From Mobula hypostoma (Eukaryota): a DNA stretch of 64,000 nucleotides. Below the pieces are notes generated by a model that was not told the origin of the DNA, searched no databases, and saw nothing but the letters and a program-made list of their open reading frames with translations. The position numbers and the translations under genes were made by a program. This document shows positions 38,931 to 52,589 of this stretch, one piece after another. The stretch lies in contig NC_086097.1 in assembly GCF_963921235.1 (NCBI RefSeq), positions 310,001 to 374,000 on the forward strand, read 5' to 3'. How positions within the stretch are numbered: position 1 is the first letter of the stretch; every line of letters starts with the position of its first letter.

Positions 38931-40170
38931 AGTTCTGGTCATCTGTGTACAGGGAAAATAATAATATGGTTGGCGTGCAGAGAAAATTTACAAGCATGTT
39001 GGCATTCTTGGAGCTGAGTTATAGGGAAAGATTGAATTAGATTAGGACTTCATTCCTTTGAGCATAAGAGTGTGAGGGAGATCTGAAAAAGGTTTTTGAG
39101 GGATAAGCTGGGGTAAATGCAGGTAGGCTTTTTTCTACTGAGGTTGGCAGAGATGAGAACTGGATGTTTTGGGTGAAGGGTGAAAGATTAAATGTTTAAG
39201 GGGAACATGAGAGGGAAATTCTTCACTCTAAGGCTTGTCAGAATGTGAAACGAGTTGCCAGTGGAAGTTATGGACATGGCTTCGATGTAAGTATATTCAA
39301 AAGAAATTTGAATAGGTACATAGTGGGATGGGTATGGAGGGCTATGGTCCAGTTACATGTCAATGGGACTAGCTTGTAGCGGGATCTGGACCTCCTGGAA
39401 AAATGGGCTGAGAAATGGTTGATGGAATTTAATATAGACAAGTGTGAGGTGTTGCACTTTTGTAGGATCAGCCAGGGTAGATTTTACACAGTGAATGGTA
39501 GGGCACTGAGGAGTGCTGTAGAACAAAGGGGAATACAGGTTCACAAATCGTTGAAAGTGGTATCACAGGTAGATAAGGTCGTAAAGAAGGCTTTTAGCAC
39601 ATTGGCCTTCATAAGTCAATGTATTGAGATGGGATGTTATTTTGAAGTTGAACCAGGCATTGGTGAGGCCTAATTTGGAGTTGCAGCTTTGGTCACCTAC
39701 CTGCAGGAAAGATGTAAAAAGGTTGAAAAAGTGTAGAGAAAACTTACAAGGATGTTGCCAGGACTGGAGGACTTGAGTTATAAGGAAAGATTGAATAGAT
39801 TTGGACTTTATGCCTTGGAGCGAAGAAGATGGATAGAGGTATGCAAAATGATGTGTGGTATATATAGGGTGAACACAAGCAGGTTTTTTCCACTGTGGTC
39901 ATGTGGAACAAGACCTTGAAGTCATGGGTTAAGGGTGAAAGGTGCAAAGTTTAAGGGGAACATGAGAGGAAGTACTTCACTCAGAGGGTCGTGCGAGTGT
40001 CGAACGAGTTGCCAGCACAAGTGGTGTACCCGTGCTCGATTTCAACGTTTAAGAGGAGTTTGGATAGGTTTGGACAGCTTTGGTGTGGTAGGTCGATGGG
40101 AAGTTGGCATGGACTAGGTGGAGCGAAGGGCATGTTTCTGTGCTATACCTTTCTGTGACTCTGAGTCCAT
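38930..40170 (+). mobile_element. Older diverged CR1 3' fragments
   Basis: degenerate ORF2 C-terminal coding sequence (MEFNIDKCEVLHF). Confidence 0.7.
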
Positions 40171-41199
40171 GGTACAAAAATAGGTGGGATAGTGAATAAT
40201 GATGAAAATTATCAAAAACTACAGGGGGATTTTGATCAGTAAGATGGTGGCACACTCGGCCGCAGCAGCGTCTTGGGAGCCAACGAAAGGTGCTTTTGTC
40301 TTTTTTAAGTGTCTTGTTTACAATTATAAGACTGTACTGGACTCCAAGAACTTTGGGTGCTGCAGGTCTATCCCATCAGTGCTTGTTGAGGAGTTGGACT
40401 TGGTGCAGAATGTATTGCTGCCTGCTACAGGAAAGCATTGGAGTTGGTGTGCGAAGGTGGCATGTAGTGTAACTGCGGGTGATTGTCCTGCACATTACTC
40501 TTGTGATCGCAAGATCCTATTGGACATTGTTAATGTAAGTTGCAGCAGGTCTGTTTCCCTCATTTGGTGATGCGACAGATGGTGAGGAAGCTGCGTGGCC
40601 TCGGTTGTTGCAAACACTAGGCCTCAAGCCGTGGGCTTACCTGTTGCTGCGGTCCAGGAGAGGAGATGCCGAAAGCAGTGTAGCGTGGATCGGTTGGAGG
40701 CTAGCCTATCCTGTTAGTGCTTTTCTCCAGTGTTCGATCGGTAGAATGACAGGCTGGATTGCGTGCATGTGTTTTTCTATGGACTATCCAGAACTGCATC
40801 AACAATTTGTGGGACATGTCATTCAGAGACTTTGACTATTTTGATGTCTGCTCGCTGTATTCAATGTGTTTAGTGTCTTGTGTATGTTTTTCACGTTGGC
40901 CGCAGGGGAATGTTGTTTCATTCAACTGTATTCATGTATGATTGAGTGATAATTAGAGTTGAAATTGATTTGAAAAATTTGATCAGCGGAATAAGTTGAC
41001 AAATATAGTTGAATTTAGATGGTTGTGAGCTTTTGCATTTTGGAAAGTTAAATCTGGATCAGACTTTCACAATGAGTGGCAGGGCTCTCAGCTGTATTGC
41101 AAAACAGAGGGTCCTTGGAGCACAAGTACATGGTTCACTAAAAGTGGATTTATAAGTAGATAGAGTGGTGAAGAAGCCTTTTGGCATGCTCACTTTCGT

Positions 41200-42812
41200 C
41201 ATAAGACCATCAGACAAAGGAGCAGAATTGGACCATTTGGCTCATTGAGTTTGCTCTGCCATTTTATCATGGCTGATTCATTTCCCTCTCGACCCCATCC
41301 CTCTGCCTTCTCCCTACAACTTTTTATTCCCTACTAATCAAGAACCTATCAACCTCCACCTTAAATACAGCCAGTTATCTGGCTTCCACATCTGACTGTG
41401 ACAATGAATTGCACAACCCTCTGGCTAATTAATTTCCTCCTCATCTCTGTTCTAAATTGATATCCCTCTATTCTGAGGCTGTACCCTCTGGTCCCAGAGT
41501 CCCCCACCAAAGGGAAGATCCTCTCCACATTCATTCTATCTTGGTTTTTCAACATTTGATAGGTTTCAATCAGATGCCCCTCATTCTTTTAAATTCCAGC
41601 GAGCACAAACCCAGAGCCTTCAATCACTGTTCATATGATAACCCTTAAATTCCTGGAATTAACCCTAACCCGATGAAAGTTTTTCACCATTCGATAGGTT
41701 TCAATGAGGTCACCCCTCATTCTTCTGAATTCCAGTGAATACAAGCCCAGAACCATCAAATGCTCTTCATATAACAAGCCATTCAATCCTGGAATCATTT
41801 TCATGAATCTCCTTTGAACCTTCTCCAGTTTCAGCACATCCTTTCTAAGATACGGGGCCCAAACCTGCTCACAATACTTCATGTGAGGCCTCACAGGTGC
41901 AATATTAACATCCTTGCTTTTATATTCTAGTCTTCTTGAAATGAATGCTAACATTGCATTTGCCTTCCTCATCACACACTCAACCTGTAAATTAACCTTA
42001 AGGGAATTCAGCACAAGAACTCCTAAGTCCCTTTGTACCCCAGTTTTTTGTATTTTCTCTCCATTTAGAACAAAGTCAACCCTTTCATTTTTCTACCAAA
42101 GTGCATGACCATACACTTCCTAACACTGTATTCCATCTGCCATGTCTTTGCCCATTCTCCTAATTTGTCTAAGTTCTTCTGTAGCCTCTCTACTTCCTCA
42201 AAACCACCTGTACCACCACCTACCTTCATATCGTCTGCAAACATTGCAACAAAACCATCAATTCCATCATCCAAATCATTGACATACTGTATAATATGAA
42301 AAGAATCAGTCCCAACATAGACCCCTGCGGAACACTTCTAGTCACTGGGCAGCCTGCCAGAAAAGGCTCCCTTTATTCCCACTCTTGCCTCCTGCCAATA
42401 AGCCACTGCTTTATCCATGCTAGAATCTTTCCTGAAATACCATGGGCTCGTAGCTTGTTAAGCAGCCTCATGTGTGGCATTGCTTGTTATTTCTTCAAAG
42501 GATTCCAACAGTTTGTCAGGCAAGATTTTCCCTTGCCGAAAGCACGCTGACTACGACCTATTTTATCATGTGCCTCCAAGTACCCCGAAACCTCATTTTT
42601 GATAATTGACTCCAACATCTTCCCACCCATTGAGGTCACACTAACTGGTCTCTATTTCCCTTTTGTCTGCCTCTCTCCCTTCTAGAAGAGTGGAATGACA
42701 TTTGCAATTTTCCAGTTCTCTGGAACCATGCCAGAATCTACTGATTCTTGAAAGGTCATTACTAATGCCTCCATGATCTCTTCAGCCACCTCTTTCAGAA
42801 CTCTGGGGTGTA
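41200..42812 (-). mobile_element. CR1 ORF2 and 3' fragments
   Basis: FADDMKVGG, PYLRKDVL; tail near 41200. Confidence 0.8.
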
Positions 42813-44209
42813 CAGTGATCGAGGAACGACGGCGCAGGCGCGTGGATGTCAGCAAGTTAGACCGATGGGAAGAGTATAAAAGGCGATCATTTTTTCTTTG
42901 GCGGTAAGATCGAGGAACGACTGCGGAGGCATGTGGACGTCAGCGAGTTAGACCGGCTGGAAGAGTATAAAAAGAAGACAGCTTTATAGAGCGTGTGCCA
43001 GAGGAGCAGGCAACTGAGTAGTGGTAGACAGAGTAAGAGGGCTTTGGCTCAATGGGGCTTTGGCAATAATGGGTCAAGATGAGGTACCTGTGAAGAATAG
43101 AAACAAAAAGTATGTCTGTGAGACTTGTGTTCTGTACTGGGTGTCAGATGTGGGAAGTCCAGGAGACTCCCAGCCTCCTGGACAGCCACATTTATGCCAG
43201 GTGCGTTGAGCTGCAGCTCCTTCGGGACCGGGTTAGGGACCTGGAGCTGCAGCTCGATGATCTTCATCTGGTTAGCGAAAGCGAGGAGGTGATAGAGAGG
43301 AGCAAATAAGCAAGTAGTCACACCGGGGCCTCGAGAGACAGGTAAGTGGGTAACAATCAGGAGAGGGAAGGACAAGAGTCAGATACTAGAGAATACCCCT
43401 GTGGCTGTCCCCCTTAACAGTAAGTACTCCTGTTTGAGTACTGTTTGGGGGGGATGACCTACCTGAGGGAAGCAACAGTGGCCACGCCTCTGGCACAGAG
43501 TCTGGTCCCTGTGGCTCAGAAGGGTAAGGAAAGGAAGAAGGCATCAGTATTAGAGAACTCAAAAGTTAGGGGTCAGACAGGCGATTCTGTGGACGCAGGA
43601 AAGAAACACGGATGGTAGTTTGCCTCCCAGGTGCCAGGGTCTGGGATGTTTCTGATTGTGCCAACGATATTCTGAAGTGGGAAAGTGAACAGCCAAAGGT
43701 CGTGGTACATATTAGTACCAACGACGTAGGTAGGAAATGGGAGGAAGTCCTGAAAACAGACAACAGAGAGTTATGAAGGAGGTCGAGAAGCAGGACCTCA
43801 AAGGTAGTAATCTCGGGATTACTGCCTGTGCCATGTGACAGTGAGTATAGAAATAGAGTGAGGTGGAGGATAAATGCGTGGCTGAGGGAATGGAGCATGG
43901 GGCAGGGATTCAGATTTCTGGATCATTGACCTCTTTTGGGGCAGGCAGGACAGGTTGCATTTGAATCTGAGGGGGACCAATATCCTGGCAGGGAGGTTTG
44001 CTAAGGCTATTGGGGTCAGTTTAAAATAGAGTTTCTGGGGGGGTGGGAACTCAAGTGAAGAGACAGAGGAAGTGGCTGTTGGCTCACAAATAGAGAAAGC
44101 TTGGAGACTTTGCGAAAGGGAGGATAGCCAGGTGATAGACAAGGGATGTGCTCAGACCGATGGTTTGAGATGTGTCTATTTTAATGCAAGAAGCATCATG
44201 AACAAAGCG

Positions 44210-44519
44210 GCACACACAAAAAAATGCTGGTGAACGCAGCAGGCCAGGCAGCATCTACAGGAAAAGGTACAGTCGACATTTCGGACCAAGCTCCCTTCAT
44301 CAGGACTAACTGAAAGAAGAGATAGTAAGAGATTGAAACTTTCAACTCCCACTTTCAAATCTCTTGCCATCTCTTCTTTCAGTTCGTCCTGACGAAGGGT
44401 CTTGGCCCAAAACATCGACTGTACCTCTTCCTATAGATGCTGCCTGGCCTGCTGCGTTCACCAGCATTTTTTGTGTGTGTTGCTTGAACTTCCAGCATCT
44501 GCAGATTTCCTCGTGTTTG
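44210..44519. mobile_element. Fold-back Penelope pseudo-LTR insertion with two oppositely oriented hammerhead motifs and a 13-bp TSD
   Basis: 44210-44335 is the reverse complement of about 44355-44480; TSD CATGAACAAAGCG at 44197-44209 and 44520-44532. Confidence 0.85.
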
Positions 44520-46040
44520 CATGAACAAAGCGAATGAGCTTAGAGCATGGATCAGTACTTGGAGCTATGATGTTGTGGCCATTATAGAGATTTGGATGGT
44601 TCAGGGCCAGGAATGGTTGCTCAGAGTGTCAGGCTACAGATGTTTCAGAAAGGACAGGGAGGGAGGCAAAAGAAGTGGGGGCGTGGCACTGTTGATCAGA
44701 GATAGTGTCATGGCTTCAGAAAAGGAGGAAGTCATAGAGGGATTGTCTATTGAGTCTCTGTGGGTGGAAGTTAGGAACAAGAAGGGGTCAGTCACTCCAC
44801 TGGGTGTATTTTTATAGACAACCCAATAGTAACAGGGACATAGAGGAGCAGATAGGACAGATTCAGGAAAGGTGTGATAACAACAGGGTTGATGTGGGAG
44901 ATTTTAATTTCCCAAATATTGATTGGCATCTCCTGACAGTAAGGGGTTTAGATGGGGTGGAGTTTCTTCGGTGTGTTCAGGAAGGTTTCCTGACACAATA
45001 TTTAGATAAGCCTACAAGAGGAGAGTCTGTACTTGATCTGGTGTTGGGAAATGAAGCTGGTCAGGTGTTGGGTCTCTCAGTGGGAGAGCATTTTGGAAAT
45101 AGTGATCACAATTCTGTCTCCTTTACCATAGCCTTGGAGAGGGATAGGAACAGACAAGGTTGGAAAGTGTTTAATTGGAGTAAGGGGAAATATAAACCTA
45201 TCAGGCAGGAACTTGGAAGTATAAATTGGAAACAGATGTTCTCAGGGAAATGTATGGGGCAAAAGTGGCAAATGTTGAGTGGATATTTGTGTGGAGTTCT
45301 GCATAGGTATGTTCCAATGAGACAGGGAAAAGATGGTAGGGTACAGGAACTGTGGTGTACAAAGGCTGTTGAAAATCCAGTCAAGAAGAAAAGCTTATGA
45401 AAGGTTAAAAAAACTAGGTAATTTATAGAGATGGAAACATAGAAAACCTACAGCACAATACAGGCCCTTTGGCCCACAAAGTTGTGCCGAACATGTCCCT
45501 AGCTTAGAGATTACTAGGGTTACCCATAGCCCTCTATTTTTCTAAGCTCCATGTACCTATCCAAAAGTCCCTTAAAAGACACTGTCGTATCCGCTTCCAC
45601 CACCATTGCCAGCAGCCCATTCCACACAGTCACCACTCTCTGCATAAAAAAACTTACCCCTGACATCTCCTCTGACCCTACTCCCAAACACCTTAAACCT
45701 GTGCCCTCTTGTGGCAGCCATTTCCGCCCTGGGAAAAAGCCTCTGACTGTCTACATGATCAATGCCGCTCATCATGTTATACACCTCTATCAGGTCACCT
45801 CTCATCCTCCGTCTAGAAGATTATAAGGCTAGCAGGAAGGAGCTTAAGAATGAAATTATGAGACCCAGAAGGGGCCATGAGAAGGCCTTGGTGAGCAGGA
45901 TTAAGGAAAACCCCAAGGCATTCTACAAGTATGTGAAGAACAAGAGGATAAGACGTGAGAGAATAGGACCAATCAAGTGTGACAGTGGAAAAGTGTGTAT
46001 GAAACCGGAGGAGTTAGCAGAGATACTTAATGAATACTTT

Positions 46041-47260
46041 AGATGACTTTATACTTTATTACTTTATATTTGCAGATGACACAAAGCTGGGTGGCAGTGT
46101 GAAATGTGAGGAGGATGTTATGAGTACATTCAGCCAGAGACTCATTCCTCCAAGATGCAGCACAGAGCGTCATAGAAAGTCATTCCTGCCTGTGGCCATC
46201 AAACTTTACAACTCCTCCCTTGGAGAGTCAGACACCCTGTGCCGATAGGCTGGTCCTGGACTTATTTCATAATTTACTGGCATAATTTACATATTACTAT
46301 TTAACTATTTATGGTTCTATTACTATTTATTATTTATGGTGCAACTGTAACGAAAACCAGTTTCCGCCGGGATCAATAAAGTATGACTATGAGAATGCAG
46401 GGTGACTTGGACAGGTTGGGTGAGTGGGCAGATGCATGGCAGATGCAGTTTAATGTGGATAAATGTGAGGTTATCCACTTTGGTGGCAAGAACAGGAAAG
46501 CAGATTACTATCTGAATGGTGTTAAGTTTGGAAAAGGGGAAGTACAACAAGATCTAGGTTTCCTTGTTCATCAGTCACTGAAAGTAAGCATGCAGGTACA
46601 GCAGGCAGTGAAGAAAGCTAATGGCATGCTGGCCTTCATAACAAGGGGAATTGAGTATAGGAGCAAAGAGGTCCTTCTGTAGTTGTACAGGGCCCTGGTG
46701 AGACCACACCTGGAATATTTTGTGTACAGTTTTGGTCTCCAAATTTGAGGAAGGACATTCTAGGTATTGAGGGAGTGCAGTGTAGGTTCACGAGGTTAAT
46801 TCCCGGGATGGCAGGACTGTCATATGTTGAAAGATTGGAGCGACTGGGTTTGTATACACTGGAATTTAGAAGGATGAGAGGGGATCTGATTGAAACATAT
46901 AAGATTATTAAGGGATTGGACACGCTAGAGGCAGGAAACATGTTCCTGATGTTGGGGGAGTCCAGAACCAGAGGCCACAATATAAGAATAAGGGGTAGAC
47001 AATTTAGAACGGAGTTGAGGAAAAACTTTTTCACACAGAGGGTTGTGGTTCTGTGGAATGCTCTGCCTCAGAAGGCAGTGGGGGCCAATTCTCTGGATTA
47101 TTTCAAAAAAGAGTTAGATAAAGCTCTTAAAGATAGCGGAGTGAAGGGATATGGGGAGAAGGCAGGAAAAGGGTACTGAATGTGGATGATCAGCCATGAT
47201 CACAGTGAATGGTGGTGCTGGCTCGAAGGGCTGAATGGCCTATTCCTGACCTATTGTCTA
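46041..47260 (+). mobile_element. CR1 subfamily D 3' portion nested in CR1-B, itself carrying a Rex1 3' tail (46125-46387)
   Basis: FADDTKLGGSV..; Rex tail flanked by TATGAG (46119-24 and 46388-93). Confidence 0.82.
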
Positions 47261-47620
47261 TTTACTTCAGTATTCACTACAGAAAAGGATCTTGGTGATT
47301 GTTGGGATGACTTACAGTGGATTGAAAAGCTTGAGCATACAGACATTAAGAAAGAGAATGTGCTGGAGACTTTAGAAAGCATCAAGTTGGATAAGTCATC
47401 GGGATCGGACGAGATATACCTCAGGCTACTGTGGGAAGTGAGGGAAGAGATTGCTGAATCTCTGGCAATGATCTTTGCATCATCAATGGGGACTGGAGAG
47501 GTTTCAGAGGATTGGAGGGTTGCAGGTGTTAGTCCCTTGTTCAAGAAAGGGAGTAGAGATAGCTCAGAAAATTATAGGCCAGTGAGTCTTACTTCAGTGG
47601 TTGGTAAATTGATGGAGAAG

Positions 47621-48265
47621 ATTAGATTAGATTAGATTATGAGGACACTCAGTCTTCGTTTATTGTCATTTAGAAATGTATGTATGCATTAAGAAATGAT
47701 ACAATGTTCCTCCAGAGTGATATCACAAAAAAAAGGACAAACCAAAGTCCAACACTGACAAGACCACAGAATTATAACATGTAGTTACAGCAGTGCAAAG
47801 CAATATCATAATTTGATAAAGAGCAGACCATGGGAACAGTAAAAAAAGAAGTCTCAAAGTTCCGATCGACTCCTGATAGTTCCCGATAGCAGGCAGCAGA
47901 ACGGAGAAACTCTCTCTGCCATAAACCTCCGGGCACCGACAACTGTTGATGCATTGGAAGCACCCGACCACAACCCTGAGTCCGTCTGAAAACTTTGCGC
48001 CTCCAACCAGCCCTTCGACACAAGCACTGATTACCATCTCTGCTGAGCGCCTCGACCCCATCCCGGCCGCCGAGCAACAAGCAAAGCCGAGGACTCGGAG
48101 CCTTCCCCTCCAGAGATTCTGGATCACACAGTAACAGCGGCAGTGAAAAAGGCATTTCAGAAGTTTCTACAGATGTTCCTCCGTTCTCTCACGTCTGTCT
48201 CCATCAAATCAGGATTGTGCACGGCACCCTACTTGACAGATAACAGATATTCATCACCGGATGTG
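47621..48265 (-). mobile_element. Unclassified non-autonomous retroelement with (TCTAA)n tail
   Basis: second copy at 9711; AATAAA, hairpin and pentamer tail on the minus strand; no recognisable protein. Confidence 0.6.
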
Positions 48266-50138
48266 GGGTTTTGTGTGGTGAGCATGTAGGGCTCTGGCAT
48301 AGGGTCATGTAGTGGCTGCGGGTTTGTGGGTGTGTGGCCAGAGTTAATCGGGGTGTGGATCAGGTTAGTGGGGGTGTGTGCCCCCTTGGACCTTAGGATT
48401 AGGTTTGAGGGTAGGAATGGCAGATGTATTTGTGGGGCTGGGAGAGAGAAGGTTGTGTAGTTTTGTGTGGTGAGGTATGAGGTGCTGTGGCGGATAGGGT
48501 AGTGTAGTGGAGCCAGTTTAATCTGGCCCATGCCTTTCATTATCGTGGTTTGACACCACTTCGTTTAATGAACCGGGTGTGAACTGGGACACATCATCAA
48601 TAATGCAACCTGGGATCATTGGGTGTTTCGGATCTTTAATCATTAGACATCCTTGCCAAGGCGACCCAGCCAGGGTTGATCAGGCGTGGCTTGTGTTTAT
48701 CCCATGGACCAAGATAATGAGAGGCATGTAAATCTGAGGGTAATTATATTTTTAAACATCATTACCTGGCATCTGTATGCCTGGGATTGCACGGGTTAAA
48801 TTGACAGTGTTTACTGGGGATTCAGTATCACTCCACACTGTCCCTGAGTTTAGTAGTGACTTGTTTTCTGTGGACCCAGCTTGCGTTTAACTAACTGGTT
48901 CTCTCTTGCCTTTTGGGTATCTGGGCTTTTTTATTAGCATTTCGTGGACTGGGAGAATGAAGAGCATGTCACTGTAACGTTAGGTTGAGAGTGTTCAGGC
49001 AGTGGGCAAACAGCCCTCTTCTGCTTCTTGATCTCGTCACTTGAGATTCAGTGTCACGCAACCCTGCCACTTTGATCTGGCAGGGCACCTTCATTAACCA
49101 GGTTCTCTTCTCTGCACGCGCTCTTCAAAGTTGTCTCCTTTTAAACTCTTCGCGCTGGTCTAACTTGCTGACGTCCATGTGCTTGCGCAGTCGTCCCTCG
49201 ATCAGGCTGGGAGTCTCCCAGACATCCCACATCTGACACCCAGTACAGAACACCGGCCTCACAGACATGCTTCCTATTCCTTTTCCTCACAAGTAACTTA
49301 CCTCGCCTCGACCCATTATTGACGAAGCTCCATTGAGCCAAAGTCCTCCTACTCTGTCTCCCTCTACTTAGGCAGAAGAAAAGCAGAGTGAGGTTGAAGA
49401 TCCTTTGTGAGCTTGAATATCATTTCCGTGGTCTTTCTTCATTGTTTTCTTTTCAGAACTGATCAATGCAGTTTTCAAAATCAACATTAAAGTTGTCTCC
49501 ATCAACTTGTCAAGTAGTTATTTCAGATGCTAACCACAAGTTGTTTTAGGGAGAAAATGTTTTCTTTTGAAACCGATTGTCATGTCATTCTTGGTTCATT
49601 TGCCAGTCATATGAAACTTGCATCCTCTGGTTCTCCAGTTCCCAATGAGAACCATTTCTTTCTTTCCCAGTCTGAATTCCTGTCCGAACTCTTTTCAACA
49701 GTCCCACCAATCCTCTCTCTCAAAAAATTATTGATGGAAGTTTCTTATTAATACATCTTTTCTGTTTCCTCTCCAAACCATTTTAATATGCACGGGTATG
49801 ATGATTTGTCCTTACACAAGTTCATTTCGGATTGTCATTGTCTCTCATTTTCATCTCACTGATAGTTGTATGAAAACATTTCAGTATCTTCCTTTATAAG
49901 CAAGTAGATGGGGCACTGAAAACAATATTGTCAAGTGGCATCCCCATCAGAACTTATAATTGTAATTTAGAGTCTTAAATTGTTGAGTGCTTTGTCCAAA
50001 AAATGCAGTCTACAAATGTCATCAAGATTGTGTAACTTTGCAATTGGGTGTCGTATTTTTATTCAAGGCAAAACAGGAAATTTGCAGTGCTCATTAACTT
50101 GTCACCTTTATGTTCTCCTTTTTTTCTCTCCCTTGCAG

Positions 50139-50221
50139 TGGCCCTGGTGATGGATTCTTTAGCTCTGCATTTCAGTCTCGTCTCATTGGTAATAACTTAC
50201 ACAATGCCACAATGCCAGAAT
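50139..50221 (+). CDS. POMT2: POMT2 internal exon (equivalent to exon 8): (S)[27 protein letters not shown](Y)
   Basis: long polypyrimidine tract + gcAG| acceptor and GAAT|GTGAGT donor; 83 bp; [13 protein letters not shown] is a conserved PMT-family motif. Confidence 0.94.
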
Positions 50222-51814
50222 GTGAGTATATCTGAAATTCTAAAAAAATTACTCTGATTCTTACGGTTTGCTATCATGTTCTGGAATAAATATTAACTCT
50301 GTTGTAACCAGTGATAAATTTTGCCCCTATGTTTCTGGATTTGATTCTCGTGAGAAAGTTCACATTGGCATGGGAAATAGGAGCTGTTGGAGAAGGAGCA
50401 TTGAGTACTTTCAGACACATCATCTGCATGTTAGAGGACTCTTAAGAGTATTGCAGCCCAAATTTGTGCTGGCCTATTTTTCTGCCTAGTCCCATCTACC
50501 CGTACTGGGCTGTAGTCCCATCTACATACACTTCTGATCCATGTACTTATACAAATCCGTGTCCACCACCTCCACTGGTAGCTCTTTCCACACTCACTAT
50601 CCTTTGAATGAAGAAATTCCCTTCAGGTTTCCCTTAAACATTTCACTTTCTACCCTTAATCCATGACCACCAGTTTTAATCTCTCCTATCCTCAGTGGAA
50701 TAAGCCTGCTTGCATTTATCCAATTTATACACCTCTCAAATCTCCTCTCAATATTCTTCCTCTAGCAAGGTAACCAGAACTACACACAGTATTCCCTGTA
50801 GGGCCTTCAACTTCAACATAGCATACCAAATCGTGTACTTAGCATTCTGATTTATGAAGATCATCGTGCTAAAACCTTTCTTTATCACCCTCTCAACCTG
50901 AGGGTAGGTTGGCCAGGATTGTTCAGGTGGGTTTAAGCTAAATTTCTGGGGGATCGGAACTAGATTGTTTATGCTCAAGATGAGGTAGTTGGTTTACAGA
51001 CAGAGGCAACGTGTACTGAGACTGCGAACAAGGAAAGGCAATTGAGAAGGCAAAATTCCAATCAACTGATGAGTTGCAACATAAAATATGGACAAAATTG
51101 AAAAAGATGAATACAGGACTGAAGGTGTTGTATTTGAATGCGCGCAGTATGCTGTGTAAGATGGATGAACTTGTAGCACAGTTACAGATTGGCATGTATG
51201 ATGCTGTAGGCATTGCTGAATCATGGTTGAAAGAAGATTATAGCTGGGAGCTTAATATCCAAGGTTACGCATTGTATCAAAAGGACAGGCAAGAGGCAGA
51301 GTGGATGGCATTGCTCTATTCGTAAAAAGTGAAATCAAATCATTAGAAAGAGATGGCATAGGCTCGGAAGATGTTGAATCATTGTGGATAGGTTTGAATT
51401 GCTTGTCATTTGAAGAGCATTCAATAACTCTGGGCCTGTATTCGCTATAATTCAGAAGAATGAGGGGTGACCTCATTGAAACCTATCGAATGGTAAAAGT
51501 CTTTGATGGAGTGGATGTGGAGAGGATGTTTTCTCTGGTGGGGGAGTCTAAGACCAGAGGACACAGCCTCAGAATAGAGTGTCCTTTGAGAATGGAGGTG
51601 AGAAGGAATTTCTTTAGCCAAAGAGTGGTGAATCTGTGGAATTCTTTGCCACAGGCAGTTGTGGAGGCAGAGGTTGATAGATTCTCGATTGGTCGGGGTG
51701 TGAAGGGATACAGGGAGAAGGCAGACGATTGGGGCTGAGAGGAAAAATGGATCAGCCATGATAAAATGGTGGAGCAGACTCTTTGGGCCAAATGGCCTAA
51801 TTCTGCTCCTATAT

Positions 51815-52528
51815 CATAGTCATAGTCATAGTCATACTTTATTGATCCCAGGGGGAAATTGGTTTTCGTTACAGTTGCACCATAAATAATAAATAGTAAT
51901 AGAACCATAAATAGTTAAATAGTAATATGTAAATTATGCCAGTAAATTATGAAATAAGTCCAGGACCAGCCTATCGGCACAGGGTGACCCTCCAAGGGAG
52001 GAGTTGTAAAGTTTCATGGCCACAGTCAGGAATGAGTTCCTATGATGCTCTGTGCTGCATCTCGGAGGAATGAGTCTCTGGCTGAATGTACTCCTGTGCC
52101 CACCCAGTACATTATGTAGTGGATGGGAGACATTGACCAAGATGGCATGCAACTTGGACAGCATCCTCTTTTCAGACACCACCGTGAGAGAGTCCAGTTC
52201 CATCCCCACAACATCACTGGCCTTACGAATAAGTTTGTTGATTCTGCTGGTGTCTGCTACCCTCAGCCTGCTGCCCCAGCACACAACAGCAAACATGATA
52301 GCACTGGTCACCACAGACTCGCAGAACATCCTCAGCATCGTCCGGTAGATGTTAAAAGACTTCAATCTCCTCAGGAAGTAGAGACAGCTCTGACCCTTCT
52401 GGTAGACATCCTCAGTGTTCTTTGACCAGTCTAGTTTATTGTCAATTTGTATCCCCAGGTATTTGTAATCCTCCACCATATCCACACTGACCCCCTGGAT
52501 GGAAACAGGGGTCACCGGTACCTTAGCT
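51815..52528 (-). mobile_element. Rex1/Babar LINE 3' portion inserted at the tail of a CR1 fragment (51390-51815)
   Basis: ORF 51934-52515; (ATGACT)n tail. Confidence 0.88.
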
Positions 52529-52589
52529 CGTATGGTTTTATGATCTAAGAAGTATTGTAGGAAAAGCAGATGAGCTCAGGGCATGGGTT

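Larger units (their letters stand above)
42817..47620 (+). mobile_element. CR1 subfamily B from its 5' end into RT, hosting several nested insertions
   Basis: two 91-bp 5' monomers; ORF1 MSVRLVFCTGCQMW..; esterase; APE; RT start; insertions at 44210, ~45432 and ~46041. Confidence 0.88.

Noticed and set aside
43112..44030. ORF1 module swapping between CR1 subfamilies
   Set aside because: ORF1s look similar across A, B and C, but by eye no more than the RTs do; separate ORF1 and ORF2 trees are needed.
48265..49130. GT-rich degenerate repeat and a small hairpin (CCCTGCCA/TGGCAGGG near 49062-49085) as an LTR or novel element
   Set aside because: No second copy, primer-binding site or coding similarity visible in the window; cannot be supported.
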